Shown here in pieces: positions 35,421 to 48,750 of a DNA stretch of 64,000 nucleotides; position 1 is the stretch's first letter, and the number at the start of each line of letters is the position of its first letter. The stretch lies in contig JBHGNT010000010.1 in NCBI GenBank assembly GCA_043228905.1, positions 3,596,001-3,660,000 of the forward strand, written 5' to 3'. A program made the position numbers and the translations under genes. The notes beneath the pieces are model-generated. The model ran no database searches and had not been told where the DNA came from. It saw nothing but the letters and a program-made list of their open reading frames with translations. This DNA comes from Azolla caroliniana (Eukaryota; Plantae; Polypodiophyta).

Positions 35421-37438
35421 ATGTTCCTCTTCGACTGGTTCTATGGCATCCTTGCCTCGCTCGGTCTGTGGCAGAAAGAAGGAAAAATCCTCTTCCTGGG
35501 CCTCGATAACGCAGGCAAGACCACTTTGCTTCATATGCTGAAAGATGAGGTACGAGATTCATTCCCATGGCGAAACTTTGCTTGTTGGTTTCGTTTCTTG
35601 TTCTCATCTTCACTGTTTAGGGTTCTCGGATTGGCGGAGCAGCTTTAGATCCTTTAATTTAGGCTTCTCTGCTTGTCTAGTAGCTTTTAGGGCTATTTGC
35701 TATTTCTAGCATCATGCAGATCGTTCGATTAAGTTTTTTTTCTGCTAATTCTAGCAGCACTTTCGGGGTTTTCTGCCATTTCGAGCAGGATTTATATCGT
35801 TTCGGTAATGGTTTTTCGAGAGCATCCAGATAATTTATGTTAGTGTTTGCCTGGAAGTGGCTTAGGTTTTTTCGGGCATTTTATTTAGTGTTTTCAGCTA
35901 TGCCAAGGAACATTGTAGGAGGTTTTCTGCAACGTCTAGAGATAAAGATAAATTTTGGCTGGGGTTGAGATCGTCTATTTTAGGATTTTGTGGACCATTT
36001 CGATTGCTTTGGTCAGCTTTATGTCTAGGGTCTTTTGTGGTAGCATTTAGATCGTTCACGTTAGTGGTCTCTGCTTTGTGTGGCAGCATTAAAATAGTCT
36101 AGTGTAGGGGTTTTCTGCTATATCTAGAGCATTTAGCCTGTTTGAATAAGACTTTCTTGTCATGTGTATAGCGTTTCAGGGCTTTAGAGCATCGAAACAG
36201 TTCAGTTTTGGGTTTTATCTATCATTTAGACTGTCAACTTTTCTGTTGCATTTAGATCTGCCAGTTTGTTTTCTAATGTGGCTGGAGCATTTAGTTTAGG
36301 GGTTTTTGGTTATGCTATTCCTAGAACACTTGTTTAGGGTTTTCTTAGAATTCTAGAGCATAGATATTGCGAGAGTATTTTGGTTTATGGTTTTGGACAA
36401 TGTCTAGAGCATTTAGATTGTTTTAGGGTTTTCTGCTCTTTCTACCATTTGAATCTGTTGCCTTAAGATAGCCACATCTTTTTACCTGGTCCTTCATTTG
36501 TCATTTGTCTTTGTGTGATGTATTTTCTTGCAGAGACTCGTTCAGCACCAGCCCACACAATACCCCACATCAGAAGAGCTGAGCATTGGTAAAATCAAGT
36601 TTAAAGCCTTTGATTTGGGCGGACACCAAATTGCTCGGCGTGTTTGGAAAGATTATTACGCCAAGGTAAATTAGTGTTTGCACTTGGTTTTTTGAAAATT
36701 TTCAAAATTGCCATTCATTTAGGATGAAAAGTACTAGTGAAGGTTTTCGAATTATGAAATCATACCCTTGGTAATAATATTAGTTGACTCCACATAAAAG
36801 TTAATAAAGTGATGGTAAACACATAAGCATAATTTTGGCTGTGGGTAATCATGAATGGAAAAATCCACATTCTGTCTTGTACAAATTAGCATTTTATATG
36901 TATATTATCTTTCTTTCATTCCGTTTACTAGTGCAAAGTGGTTTGCAAATATGCATTAATTACGACATTATAGTTAATATTTTTCTTGCATTGTTTCATG
37001 TTATTGAATATGCTTATAGTCATGCTGGTAACTAAATTGTTAATCCAACCTTTGTAATGGTCTGCGTGATTTATATGGGTATAATTTGACATTTCTGATA
37101 CTCTGGGTATATTTTAGGTTGATGGTATTGTGTATCTTGTGGATGCTGCTGATAAGGAGAGATTTGCCGAATCCAAGAAAGAGCTTGATGGCCTCCTCTC
37201 TGATGATTCATTGTCAATGGTTCCTTTCTTAATTCTCGGAAATAAGATCGACATACCTATTGCTGCCTCAGAGGAAGAGTTGAGATACTTTTTAGGACTG
37301 TCCAATTATACCACCGGCAAAGGAAAGGTGAATCTCGGAGATACAAATGTGCGACCTATAGAGGTGTTCATGTGCAGCATTGTTCGGAAGATGGGCTATG
37401 GAGATGGCTTCAAGTGGCTCTCACAGTACATTAAGTGA
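35421..37438 (+). CDS. SAR1: SAR1 small GTPase (COPII), 193 aa, 3 exons
   Basis: Exons 35421-35549, 36534-36665, 37118-37438 (GT-AG). [109 protein letters not shown]. Confidence 0.98.
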
Positions 37439-37685
37439 AAATTTGGTGGTTATGTGTGCTCCCACATGTTTAAATGTTTTCGTATGTAGAAGCGTTTTTT
37501 TTCTTAGGAATTGACTATATATTTTGCAAGCTAGAGCGATGAATGCTCTACAAATATAAAACACGTTTTCAAAAATTCTAAGTCCTATTTGTGCAATGAT
37601 CTGCATTGAAAAGTCTAAGGGCTTTGAATGGTGCAATTGTGGTTGTCTCTTTATCACATGGCTCTCTTGTACTGCATATCTTTAG

Positions 37686-38155
37686 GATAGGAAATGGCAA
37701 GTGATATATGATGTTGAGTTATATGTCTTATTATGTTGTTCCTTACTGGCATTGGGGCTATGTATTGTGTTTTGTGAGGGTAATTTTAAAAGTAAATACA
37801 TTATTATATCATTTGCCAATGGCAGTAAAGATAGGAAATGGTTAGTGATATATGATGTTGAGTTATGTGTCTTATGATGTTGTTCCTTATTGGCATTGGC
37901 GCTATGTATTGTGTTTTGTGAGGGTAATTTTAAAAGTAAATACATGAATATAGTTAGAAAAGAAAATTACGAGCGATATATGATGTTGATCCATGTGTGT
38001 TAGTGCATTGCTATTTATCTGCGCTGTAAATTATGCATCGTCTTTTGTAGCCCTAGTTTTGAATGTAAATACATTTATTTAGGCTTATCTGCGCTGTTGG
38101 TTATATATTGTCTTTTGTAGCCCTAGTTTTGAATGTAAAGACATTTATTTGGGCC
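37686..38155. repeat. Two local tandem duplications (~144 bp x2 and ~70 bp x2) downstream of SAR1
   Basis: GATAGGAAATGG..GTGATATATGATGTTGAG..GAGGGTAATTTTAAAAGTAAATACAT twice (37686, 37830); TTATCTGCGCTGT..GTCTTTTGTAGCCCTAGTTTTGAATGTAAA twice. Confidence 0.85.
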
Positions 38156-39152
38156 TAAAACTAGTATAGAAAAAGCTCAGTACTTGAAAGTTTTCCTTTA
38201 CGTTCTTATTGTAATCAATCTATAGCTTTATGAAAGTTGCATGCTATTTACAGCTCTTCTCAATATTTATTACTTATTGTTAGATTCTCTCTCAGTATTC
38301 TTTGCTTTTGAAACTGGTTCCTAAACGTCAATTCATCGTTTACTAACAAATTAAAGCCAATGCATTCTGCATTACATGTGATGCTTTGATTTCCTAGTAA
38401 TGTTCTTGGTCTCGATTACTCTCATTGAAATAGGGTTAGCATTTGATTGTAGCCAATAATATATATATCAAAGGGAGATTTCATGCCTTAAAATTAGTTA
38501 CTGGGTGTTGTGAACCCAATCTTTTTCTTCCTTCTTAAGACACTCTACCGTATTGTATGCACTCTTTGAAGAAATAAGCATTTAATTTATTACCTGATGA
38601 CTCTTTTTGTCTCATTCTGGGAACTTAAATTGTTCCCCCCCTACTGTTGCCCCTTTTGCAACAACCTAGATTAATAATCTAAACATCTCTTCCCTCATAG
38701 ACTATGTTGATTACACCTGGTTTAGTCAAGCAATTAAGAATTGAAGGGACTTCTTGCAGTCTTGGATCTGAATTCAAGCATATGCAGATCCATTGTCTAA
38801 GGACCTTCTTTATGATCAATTTCTTGATTAAGTAGTCCAACTGTGTTTGGATTGTGGGATGGCCAACACAAATACTCTACTCTCACCATGATCACAAAGT
38901 ATAGAAAAGAACAAAATTCTTAAAACATTTTAGGATTTGTGAAATGAATCAAGCTTCTTAGAAGCTATAAATATGTGTGATTACAGATTGAAGCAGTTCT
39001 GACATGGTGGATGAATGAATTTGGCTTTTAAGAGAGAATTTAAATACAAAAAGGATTGGTAGTAATTACGTAATGAATGAGCCTTCTAATGAGAAGTTGA
39101 AAATGGGTTGATATACAGAAATTGTGGTGATATATGGGGAGGGGCAAAAGAA

Positions 39153-39389
39153 TCAATTGGCTTTGACATGAAAATCGCGGGTTTGGTAATCTCGTGTGGC
39201 GGAGGAAGCATTTTGTTGAAGATAAGGATGAAGACGATGGGCGGTCCGATGGTCGAGACAAGGTGTGGTCGAAGTCGGCGAATCACAAGCCAACGAGCTA
39301 TACTCAATAGATCGAGTATCTACACCATCTCCATTGTTGTTATGTTTGCCCACGATTGCACGCAACAATAGGGGCACCAAGCCTTCCAT
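39153..39389 (-). CDS. Probable small protein (78 aa) of the plant 'MEGL(I/V)P..(R/K/H)AI' uncharacterised family
   Basis: Single-exon ORF MEGLVPLLLRAIVGKH..SIEYSSLACDSP; the N-terminus resembles short angiosperm proteins recalled as MEGLIPFVYRAI / MEGLIPYLIHAIKK followed by a Y..L motif; GC richer than its flanks; AT-rich 3' region. Confidence 0.6.
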   Translation of the reverse strand: MEGLVPLLLRAIVGKHNNNGDGVDTRSIEYSSLACDSPTSTTPCLDHRTAHRLHPYLQQNASSATRDYQTRDFHVKAN

Positions 39390-39422
39390 GAATATGTGTA
39401 TGAGGTGCTATTAATGTCCACC

Positions 39423-39471
<49 letters not shown>

Positions 39472-40889
39472 TCTGTTATCGTCTTCGGAGGTCAAATATG
39501 ACCTATGAGATCAATATACGATGTGGGAGAGGGTGACAACTGGTAAGGTTGATTGGTTTGTTTTGTCCCCTTTTAGCCAAGACACCCTTATATATGTGAT
39601 CGCCACAAGTTGTTCGGTTTGGATTCAAATGTCAAGCACCATTATTATGACCTTTTCTTTAAATTGCACGTTTCGGCTTCGCATCAATACCTTTTTTTTT
39701 GTTGTTGCCACCAATAGGGCACTTGTTCCGGTCACTGCTGATGTTTCTTCTTTTTAACAATCACTCATTTTTATTTCTCCACCTTTTGTGCACCATTTGT
39801 TGTGACGAAGCCATTTACATCACTGACTCATACCTTTACACATCACATCCTACATTACCTATTGCTACAAGTTGCCTACTCTCCTACATTGCACTCCTCA
39901 CCCAATTCTTTATGATCTCTAAGGGTTTGATATTCTCTACCTCGTGTTTTTTGTTTTTGCATTCATTGACACTAAGACCCCACATCTCAATTTTTTGGTC
40001 CTAAATTACAGTGAGAATCAATTATGTGTCGTGTGTGTACATGAGTGCGAAGTTGTTATGACGCTCATTAGATTTACTTCAAATCTCCCCTGCATTGGTT
40101 TATGGACCATTGTTTGTCCTATTTGCAAATGTTTTCAATGGGTTTTTATCATCATGCTGATTTTGAAAGTAATTCATGCCTCATCTCATCACCATCAACC
40201 AATTTTATAAGAAGATGATCTATTATTTATTGTCATTTAGTGGGAGCACACAGTTTTCTCCATATCTTGATGTTTAAGTAACTCATGTATCACCTCACCA
40301 CCATCCACACATTTGATAAGATGATCTATTATTTGTCATAATTTAGTGGGTGCACATAGTTTTCTCCACATTTTGATGTTTCTACTTGTTATGTTTTTCT
40401 TCTATATTCAAAAGGAGGGACTTCTCGATAGTTGACTGATCCTAACAACATTCTCTATTATGTTGTTCAAACTTCGTTTATATTGAATAGAACTTGAACT
40501 ATCCAGTTCATTGTTGCCTTGAGAGCATGGTAAGAAATAGTTAATTATAAAGAAACAATGACCTATCTATCCACTTCATTGTTGCCTTGATGGTCTGCTA
40601 ATTTATTATAAATATAGCATTGCCTATCTTTAAACTAGAACTTTAGTGCACTATCATCACGTGATCAACAATGTTATATCTTGTGAAGCAAAATTGTCAA
40701 CCTACATGATATTAAAGTCATAAACTTAATTGTAATGCCATTGTAAATAACCCCAGACTTTAGTGTTCATCCAATTTCTCATATTAGTTGGTTGGAAAAC
40801 AATTTACATCAGGTGGTAAATTGGTAATGTGGTGCCCTTCTCTCATTTCACAAACTTTGCATCTTTAATCTAACAAAACCCTAGATTCT

Positions 40890-41234
40890 CATAGTTGTTA
40901 AAAAACGCGTATTCTACATTTAGAGTACGTTTTAGAATACTCTGAAGTATTCTACATGTATTCTACGTTTTAGAACAGCCGTTTTTAAAATTTTGACATA
41001 TTCTACGCATTCTAAAAATTTGACCTATTCGACATATTTAAAAAGTATTTATCATTTCAAAAACAATTTAAATATTTTTTTGAAAAAAAATCTTTAGATT
41101 TTAAGAAGTATTCTAAACATATTCTAAGTATTTTATACATATTCTAAGTATTTTTAAAACGAAGTTAGAATACTTGTAGAATACTTAGAATATGTATTCT
41201 ACGCGTATTTTATGCTAAGTATTTTACAACAATG
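40890..41234. mobile_element. MITE-like TIR element with apparent 5-bp TSD
   Basis: Termini CATAGTTGTTAAAA / TTTTACAACAATG; ATTCT on both flanks; interior is AT-rich with many TATTCTA/TAGAATA motifs. Confidence 0.72.
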
Positions 41235-41871
41235 ATTCTCACAAGAGGGCTTTGACACAATTTGTAGCAAAGTGTTTCTGTGAGGTGGAAATACATTCAT
41301 GTTTGTTCTAGAGTCTTTAACTAGTCTTCATGGTGGCTTGACACTACCCTAAAGAACAAATTTTATACATACAACCTCAAAACCTAAAGAACATTCTTGA
41401 ATAGTGCAAGTATGGTTCTTTTCTTGACACTACCCTTAGTTGATGTAGGAGGTCCAAACCCAAACTACACATTCATGAAGTACACTTCTCGATTTGTAAG
41501 GAACATTTAAGAGCACGCTAGGCATCAAAGGCATATGCTCTTCAAAATGTTAATAGTTCGACATTCACCTCATCATGACTCCACATATGAGACCCAAACA
41601 ACCATTCCATCTAGAGCCATTTTGTGATCTTTCATCACCAAGATTCCTATGGTCTTCTCTCTCTCGCTCTCTCTACATATAAACGTATGCTATGAAATTG
41701 ACAATAATAAAGTATTGCGTTTCTTTAAAATTCGTGGAGCTCCCTTTAGAGATGCCTTGGGCATAATGGATTAATCGTCCAATATTCACAACAATTTAGT
41801 GTGTGGAGTCACCAATGTTAATTGTTGTTGTCTACCATTGACCCATTCTCCATCACCATTTATGATATTAT

Positions 41872-44800
41872 TTTTAGGAATATGTCCCTCCTCTGGGAGA
41901 AATCGACTGTTGGTGTCTATGAGGGAAGTCGGTAGGTGAACAAAGACAAGCTGAACACTGGATGGTCTGTCAGATCGACTAGCAAGTTGATAGGGTTGTC
42001 GACTGCTCTAAAGGAGATATATAGAGTCGACTACATCATGAATTCTCTAGGTTAAGGAGAAGGCCAACTAGTCGTGTCGACTGGATAGCCGACATGGGAG
42101 TCGATTAGTCAGCTGATAAGCTGAGATTAATAATAATAATAATAATAATAATGAAAGCTATGTTTGTAAATAGCCCATACGGTGTATGAGTATAAATACA
42201 CCTAGGGCAAACATAGTGAGTGGAGCGTAGAACATAAGGAAATGTTGTACAGAGCGTAATAGAATGCAAAAGACAGAGAGAACTTGTGAGTAAGCATCGC
42301 AATAGCTGTGTAACAGTAGACGCTAAGAGCCTTGTGTGGTTGATACACTCTATACAAAGAGTGCTGTAATATTTTCTCCATTGTACATCTCTGATATAGT
42401 GATTCTCTGTTGCCTGTGGTTTTCCCCGTTTTAGGGTTTCCACGTTAAAACTGTGTGTACTGTGTATTTTTTGTGCATTCGCTATTTTTTCTTGTTTCTG
42501 CATGGTGCATTTCAACATATCCTTTACAGATTGACAATCCCTTTCCTCACAAACTGGTGTCAGAGCTTGAAGTGCAAAAATGGAAGGAGGTGTGAGTGGC
42601 TTTCCAGGAATGATGTTGTTGAACTCACACAACTATCATAACTGGATTATCAAAATGGAAGATCTTCTCATTGTCAAAGATCTGTATGAGCCCATCGACA
42701 AAGAAGAAATACCCACAGGGGTATTAGAGTCTGAATGGAAACTCCTGAACAGGAAGGCAGTGGCCATCATTAGACAATGGGTAAATGTGAGCGTCCTTCA
42801 GCATGTGGCTAACGACACTAATGCCTACGAGATGTGACAGAAGTTGTCAGGGTTGTACGAGAGGAAGAATGCCCTCAACAAAACATCTTTGATGAGAAAG
42901 ATTGTGAGACTGAAGTATAAACACCAAGAAAGCATAGTTGTACACATCAACACATTCATGCGGATAGTAAACCAACTTGTTGTAGCCAAGTTTCCCCTTG
43001 ATGATCCTATGTAGGCCCTTCTACTGGTGTGTACCCTGCCAGATAGTTGGGAGAACCTGGTGGTGACTCTCAACACCTCGTGTCAAGAAGAGAACTTGTC
43101 CCTACTAGTGATAAAGACAAGTATCTTGAACGAGGAGACAAGATTCAAGGAAGGACAAGGGTGTCCTGTCCCAATCGGAGTCAAATTTGGCTCAACATCC
43201 GGGCAAAGGAAGATATAAGCAGAGAAGTCCATAGAGAAGAGAAAAATGCCATGTTAGGACCAAGTCGAGAGGTAAGCTTACATGCGTTTATTGTGGAAAA
43301 CCTGGACATTTCCAGAAGGACTGTGGACACCTTAAGAAGGACAAAGGTGTCTCAAATGATGTCGAACCCAGAAAGATCTCCGATAAAAAGAGCACTTTAG
43401 TCGTGTCTACAAGCAAAGAGGAGCTTCTATTCATTTGTGAACAGGCCAGTGCAAACCTTACAAATGAAGAGTGCACATGGGTGATTGATTCTGGTGCATC
43501 ATTCCACATAACTCCTTCGAGAGAGTGGTTCTAGTCTTACACAACTGGTGACTATGGCTATGTAAAGATGGGGGATAATAGAGAGTGCAAGATAGGTGGC
43601 GTCAAAGTGTATGTTTGATAATATCGACTCATTGTCGGCTGACTTTGAGGGATGTTCGACATGTTCATGATATCAGGTTGGATCTAATATCAACTAGAAG
43701 GTTGGACGATGAAGGCTAGGAGTTTTCGAAATGGCAAGTGGAAGTTTTGTCGGGGAAATCATATAGTGGCCCGAGCACAGAAACATGGCACCTTGTATAT
43801 GATGCAAGCCAAAGTGTGCAAGAATGAAGCAAATGTGGCAACCAACACGAGTGGAGAGATATGGCATAAGAAGCTTGGCCATATGAACAAGAGGGGAATG
43901 CATATCCTAGCCGATCAGAAACTCCTTTTAGAAGTAAAAGGAGTGCACTTGGAGAAATGTGTCGACTGTCTGGTCGGAAAGCAGAACAAAGCAGTATTCC
44001 ACTCGAGACCACCAAGGAGAAGAGAAACTGCACTGGAAATAGTACACACAGACGTGTGCTGTGTTGATGCTCCATCACATTGTGGTGGATAGTACCTTGT
44101 AACGTTCATTGATGACTACAGGCGAAAATTGTGGTCTTTCATACTAATGTCGAAGGATCAAGTATTGTCGGTATTCAAAGAGTTCCAGGCCAGAGCTGAA
44201 AGGGAGTCGGGTTGGAAGTTGAAGGCTGCGCGAATCGACAATGGTGGCGAATACAGAGGACAGTTCGAGGAGTACTGCAAGTCCCAAGGTATTCGAGTCC
44301 AATACACAATACCTAAGACTCCTGACCTGAATGGACTTGTAGAGAGGATGAATCAGACGATAATGGAAAGAGTGAGGAGCATGTTATGCAAAGCTGTCGA
44401 AATCATATTGGGATGAGGCAATATACACGACTGTTTATCTTATCAACAAGTTTCCCTCAATACCTCTAAAAGGTGATGTTCCACAAAGGGTGTGGTCAGG
44501 TAAAGATGTTTCCTATCAACACTTGAAGGTGTTCAGATGCCTGGTATTAGAGGTCAAATCTCGACAACAAGTCGAAACCATGCATATTCTTGGGATACTC
44601 GGAGGATGAATCCGGCTACAGGCTGTGGGACCTTCTTGATAAAAAGGTGGTGAGGAGTAGGGATATTGTGTTCATGGAAGGCAAGACAATTGAGGATTGG
44701 AAACAACAGAAGTTGGGACAGACTTCCCAGTTGACTCCCACCAACTTGAACTTAGGACCGGTGGACCCGACACAGTCGGCTGCGAGGAGACAACCAGTTG

Positions 44801-47342
44801 AAATAGCTGAATCCAAGTCAATCGACTCGAACTAACCGACAAACACATAATATGAGTCGGAGTCGACTGATCTACTAAAGTCGACTGAGGCATATGAGTT
44901 ACAGTCAGTAGAACTCCAACAACCGACCAACATGCATGAACTCAAGCTGAATGAGGAGTCGGCAAAGACATTCAAACCTGAGCCGACAATGGGAGGCAAG
45001 CGATATCCACTCAGAGAAAGGATAGCACCCACACGATACGCTAGTCAATATGTCCTCTTGACTGATGAAGGTGGGGCGGAATGTTATGATGAAGCCATAG
45101 CCGATGAGCACAAAGAGAAATGGTTGACTGCAATGCAAGACGAAATGGACTCCTTGCATGAAAATTACACATACGATCTGGTTGAGATGCCGAAACGGAA
45201 GAGAGCACTAAGAAACAAATAGGTCTACAAGGTGAAAACTGGAGAAGTCGACAACGCATCCAGATATAAAGCCCACATTGTGGTGAAGGGATTTCACCAA
45301 AAAAAGGGTGTCGACTTTGACGAAATATTCGCCCTAGTTGTGAAGATGACATCCATCCGAACTGTTCTGAGCATAGCTACCAGTATGGAACTGGAGATGG
45401 AACAATTGGATGTCAAAACAACATTCTTGCATGGGGAGTTAGATGAAGAAATTTACATGCAACAACCCAAAGGCTTTGTGGAGAAAGGAAAAGAAAACCC
45501 GGTGTGTCGACTGAAGAAAAGCTTGTATGGTTTGAAACAAGCTCCACACCAATGGTACAAAAAGTTCGAATCCTTCATGCTGGAACATGGGTTCCATAAA
45601 ACACAACTTGATCATTGTATGTTTGTAAAAAGGTATGATGAAGGCGACTTCTTGATTCTCCTATTATATGTGGATGACATGTTAATAGTCGGACAAGAAA
45701 GAAGGCCCTAGGCAAATCGTTTGCCATTAAAGATCTTGGACCGACCAAACAAATCTTGGGGATGCACATAGTTCGGGATAGAACTAAGAAGTGTTATGGT
45801 TGTCACAAGAAAAAGATGTGACAAAGACCTTGGAAAGAATCAACATGTCAGACGCAAAGCCAGACGGTTTTGTGTTGTCGATAAAACTACAAGCTAAATG
45901 CCAAGCAATGCCCCAAAGGGGATAAGGAAAAGGCCCAGATGAGGAAAGCACCATATATCTCGACCATCGACAGTTTAATGTAGGCTATGGTTTGTACGAG
46001 GCCAAACATAATATTTGTTGTGGGAGCAGTAAAACAATACATGAGTAATCCAGGAAAAGAATACTTGGCAACAGTGAAATGGATACTCAGGTATTTGGAA
46101 GGCACCTCAAGGGTATGCCTAAGGTATGGTTTCGGAAAACCTATGGTCAAAGGTTTTTCTGATTCATACATGTCGGGGGATGTAGACTCCAATCGATCCA
46201 CATAAGGTTAAGTGATGATCTATGTAGGGGGAGCAATGTCGTGGCAGTCAAGACTACAAAAGACTGTGGCTTTGTCAACCACAGATGCAGAGTATATGGC
46301 CACGGTAGAGGCTGGTAAAGAGCTTATTTGGATGAAGAACTTTCTTAATGAACTGGGAATGAAGCAAAGTGATTTCTTACTTTATTATGACAATCAGAGT
46401 GCCATACATCTAGCAAAAAACGTTGCTTACCACTCATGGACCAAACAGATACAAAGACGGTATCACTGGTTGCAAAAGAAAGTGGATGAAGGAGAGTTTA
46501 CCCTCATGAAGATCCATACTGACGATAATGGATCTGACATGCTCACGAAGAACCTACCTATGGACAGACTCAAAGTTTGTCGACAAAAGACTCGAAAGAC
46601 CGACTCCTCCCCATAGGAGTGAAGGGGGAGTTTGTTAGGAATATGTCCCTCCTCTGGGAGAAGTCGACAATTAGTGTCTATGAGAGAAGTCGGCAATCGA
46701 ATAGAGACAAGTCAAACACTAGATGGTCGATCGGATCGACTAGCGAGTCGACTGCTCTGAAGGAGATAGAGAGAGTCGACTATAATAGTCGATTACATCA
46801 TGAATGCTCCAGGTCAAGGAGAAGGCTAATTAGTCGAGTCGACTGGATAGCCAACATGGGAGTCGGTTAGTCGGGCTGAGTGGAAAATCGACATAGGAGT
46901 CGATTAGTCAGCTGATCAATTATGATTAATAATAATAATAATAACGAAAGTTATATTTGTAAATAGCCCATACTATGTATGAGTACAAATACATCGAGGG
47001 CAAACATAGTGAGTGGAGCGTAGAACATAACAAAGTGTTGTATAGAGCGTAACAAAGTGTAGAAAAGAGAGAGAGCGTGAGTGAGCGACGCCATAGTTGT
47101 GTAACAGGAGACACCAAGAGCCTTGTGTGGCTGATACACTCTATACAAACAATGTTGTAATCTATTCTCCCTTGTACATCTCTGATATAGTGATTCTTTG
47201 TTGCCCGTGGTTCTCCCCATTTTAGGGTTTCCACGTTAAAATTGTGTATATTGTGTATTTTCTATATATTCGTTATTTTTTCCTGTTTCGGCGCAGTGCA
47301 TTTCAGCATATCCTTCACAGATGAACGATCCCTTTCCTCACA
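41872..47342 (+). mobile_element. Full-length but decayed Ty1/copia LTR retrotransposon (Tnt1-like organisation)
   Basis: LTRs 41872-42551 and 46633-47342; perfect TSD ATTAT; PBS TGGTGTCAGAGC; PPT GAAGGGGGAG; gag-pol 42580-46616 in copia order: gag, zinc knuckle (C.YCGKPGHFQKDC), protease WVIDSGAS, integrase (WHKKLGH, VHTDVC, DNGGEY), RT (RLKKSLYGLKQAP, LYVDDML), RNaseH (SWQSRLQKTVALST, DNQSAI). Many stops and frameshifts. Confidence 0.96.
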
Positions 47343-47525
47343 ATTATCATGTTGATGTGCAAGAAACATATACATTCATTATTAGTCAATCATTAACATG
47401 CCGCGATGTCTTTTTGCTGAAAAGTAAGTTCCATCATAGGTTTAAATGGCAAATTTTGCAAAAGAATTTGAACTCTCTTGTCAAGATTTGACCACTCTAA
47501 AGCACCATAGAGACATCAAGTACGT

Positions 47526-48750
47526 TGTCATGGAAATCTGCGCGTGTGTGTCGGATCGGCGAGACCACCAAGCTCACAGACCAAGGAGAGATGGTTGCCA
47601 GAAGGCCGATTTCTCTAGGGCCGGTTACATTAGTTGTGGCACCAACCAGGACGATTCCGAATGCGATCCAGAAGCAACCGAACCAAACAGATACGGATGC
47701 GACCGGATGTGCCCGGATGCGTTTCGGAAGCAACCAGGTTGAAGAGAGGGAGAGCACACGCACACACACCAACTCTTCACACCCTCTTATATACAAGAAG
47801 ACGAGTCTCCAAACCAAAATAGGAGACACGCCACGACACAGAACAACTCAACACACACACACACACACACACACACACATCACAAATGCATCTTGATAGG
47901 ACGAAAACCAAAGATACCGACACAGACATATGCACACCGATGTTTTCTCATATATATTTACAAGGGACACAAGTTACAATGCCGGTTTTGAGCCGATCCA
48001 ATACCGAACAGATACAGTAGCTGTCTACATGCAAGTTCCGATTGGGGAGCACTCAGGCTCACCTACATGAGTGGAAGCCTTGTGCTGAAGAAGAGCCTTC
48101 TTACTGAAGCACATCGGTTGTCTGTCGCCAAGCCGCCAATCGGGGAGCACTCAGGCTCGCCTACGCAAGTGGGGTCTTGCACAGGAGACAGAGCTACCAA
48201 CAGAAACCCTCAGAGCATACGAGCTCTAAACCGGACTAAACCCTAACAAAAGAAGAGAGATAAGAACTGAGAGAAACCCTAAACCTCCACTCCAAGAGAA
48301 ACCCAACCCCCATAACGAAGAAGACCTCCAAGAAACCCTAGAAGAAAGTAAGAAGGTAAGAAGAAGAGAAAAACTACTATACCTTAGACCTAACGATATA
48401 CCCTCCTAACTGAAAATGGGCAACCCATTCACAAGAGATAGTCCAAGGAGGGAAGGACGTTACAATGTGGGATAAATATCCCCTATTATTTTATATACAT
48501 TTCCTAATGTACATGTGCACATGTTGCACATCGATGACTTTGCCCATTCCATCCAGTTTTCTCACCATAGCCAAAAAACTTCACGACAACGTCCGATATA
48601 AAATGCATACCCATTGTTTACTATAGTATTATATGACACGATTTTTATAGTGATGTATTTAATGTGTCATACAAACCTTGTTCTTTCTTCTTTGTATGCA
48701 TATTACAGTAATTGTCTCGAATAAAAAGTTTGTATATTACATTAATGACA
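47526..48750. mobile_element. Solo-LTR-like element
   Basis: TGTCAT...ATGACA inverted termini, ~1.2 kb non-coding, internal duplication of GGGGAGCACTCAGGCTC.CCTAC, similarity to 28939-29914; flanks TACGT/AGCGA do not match. Confidence 0.55.
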
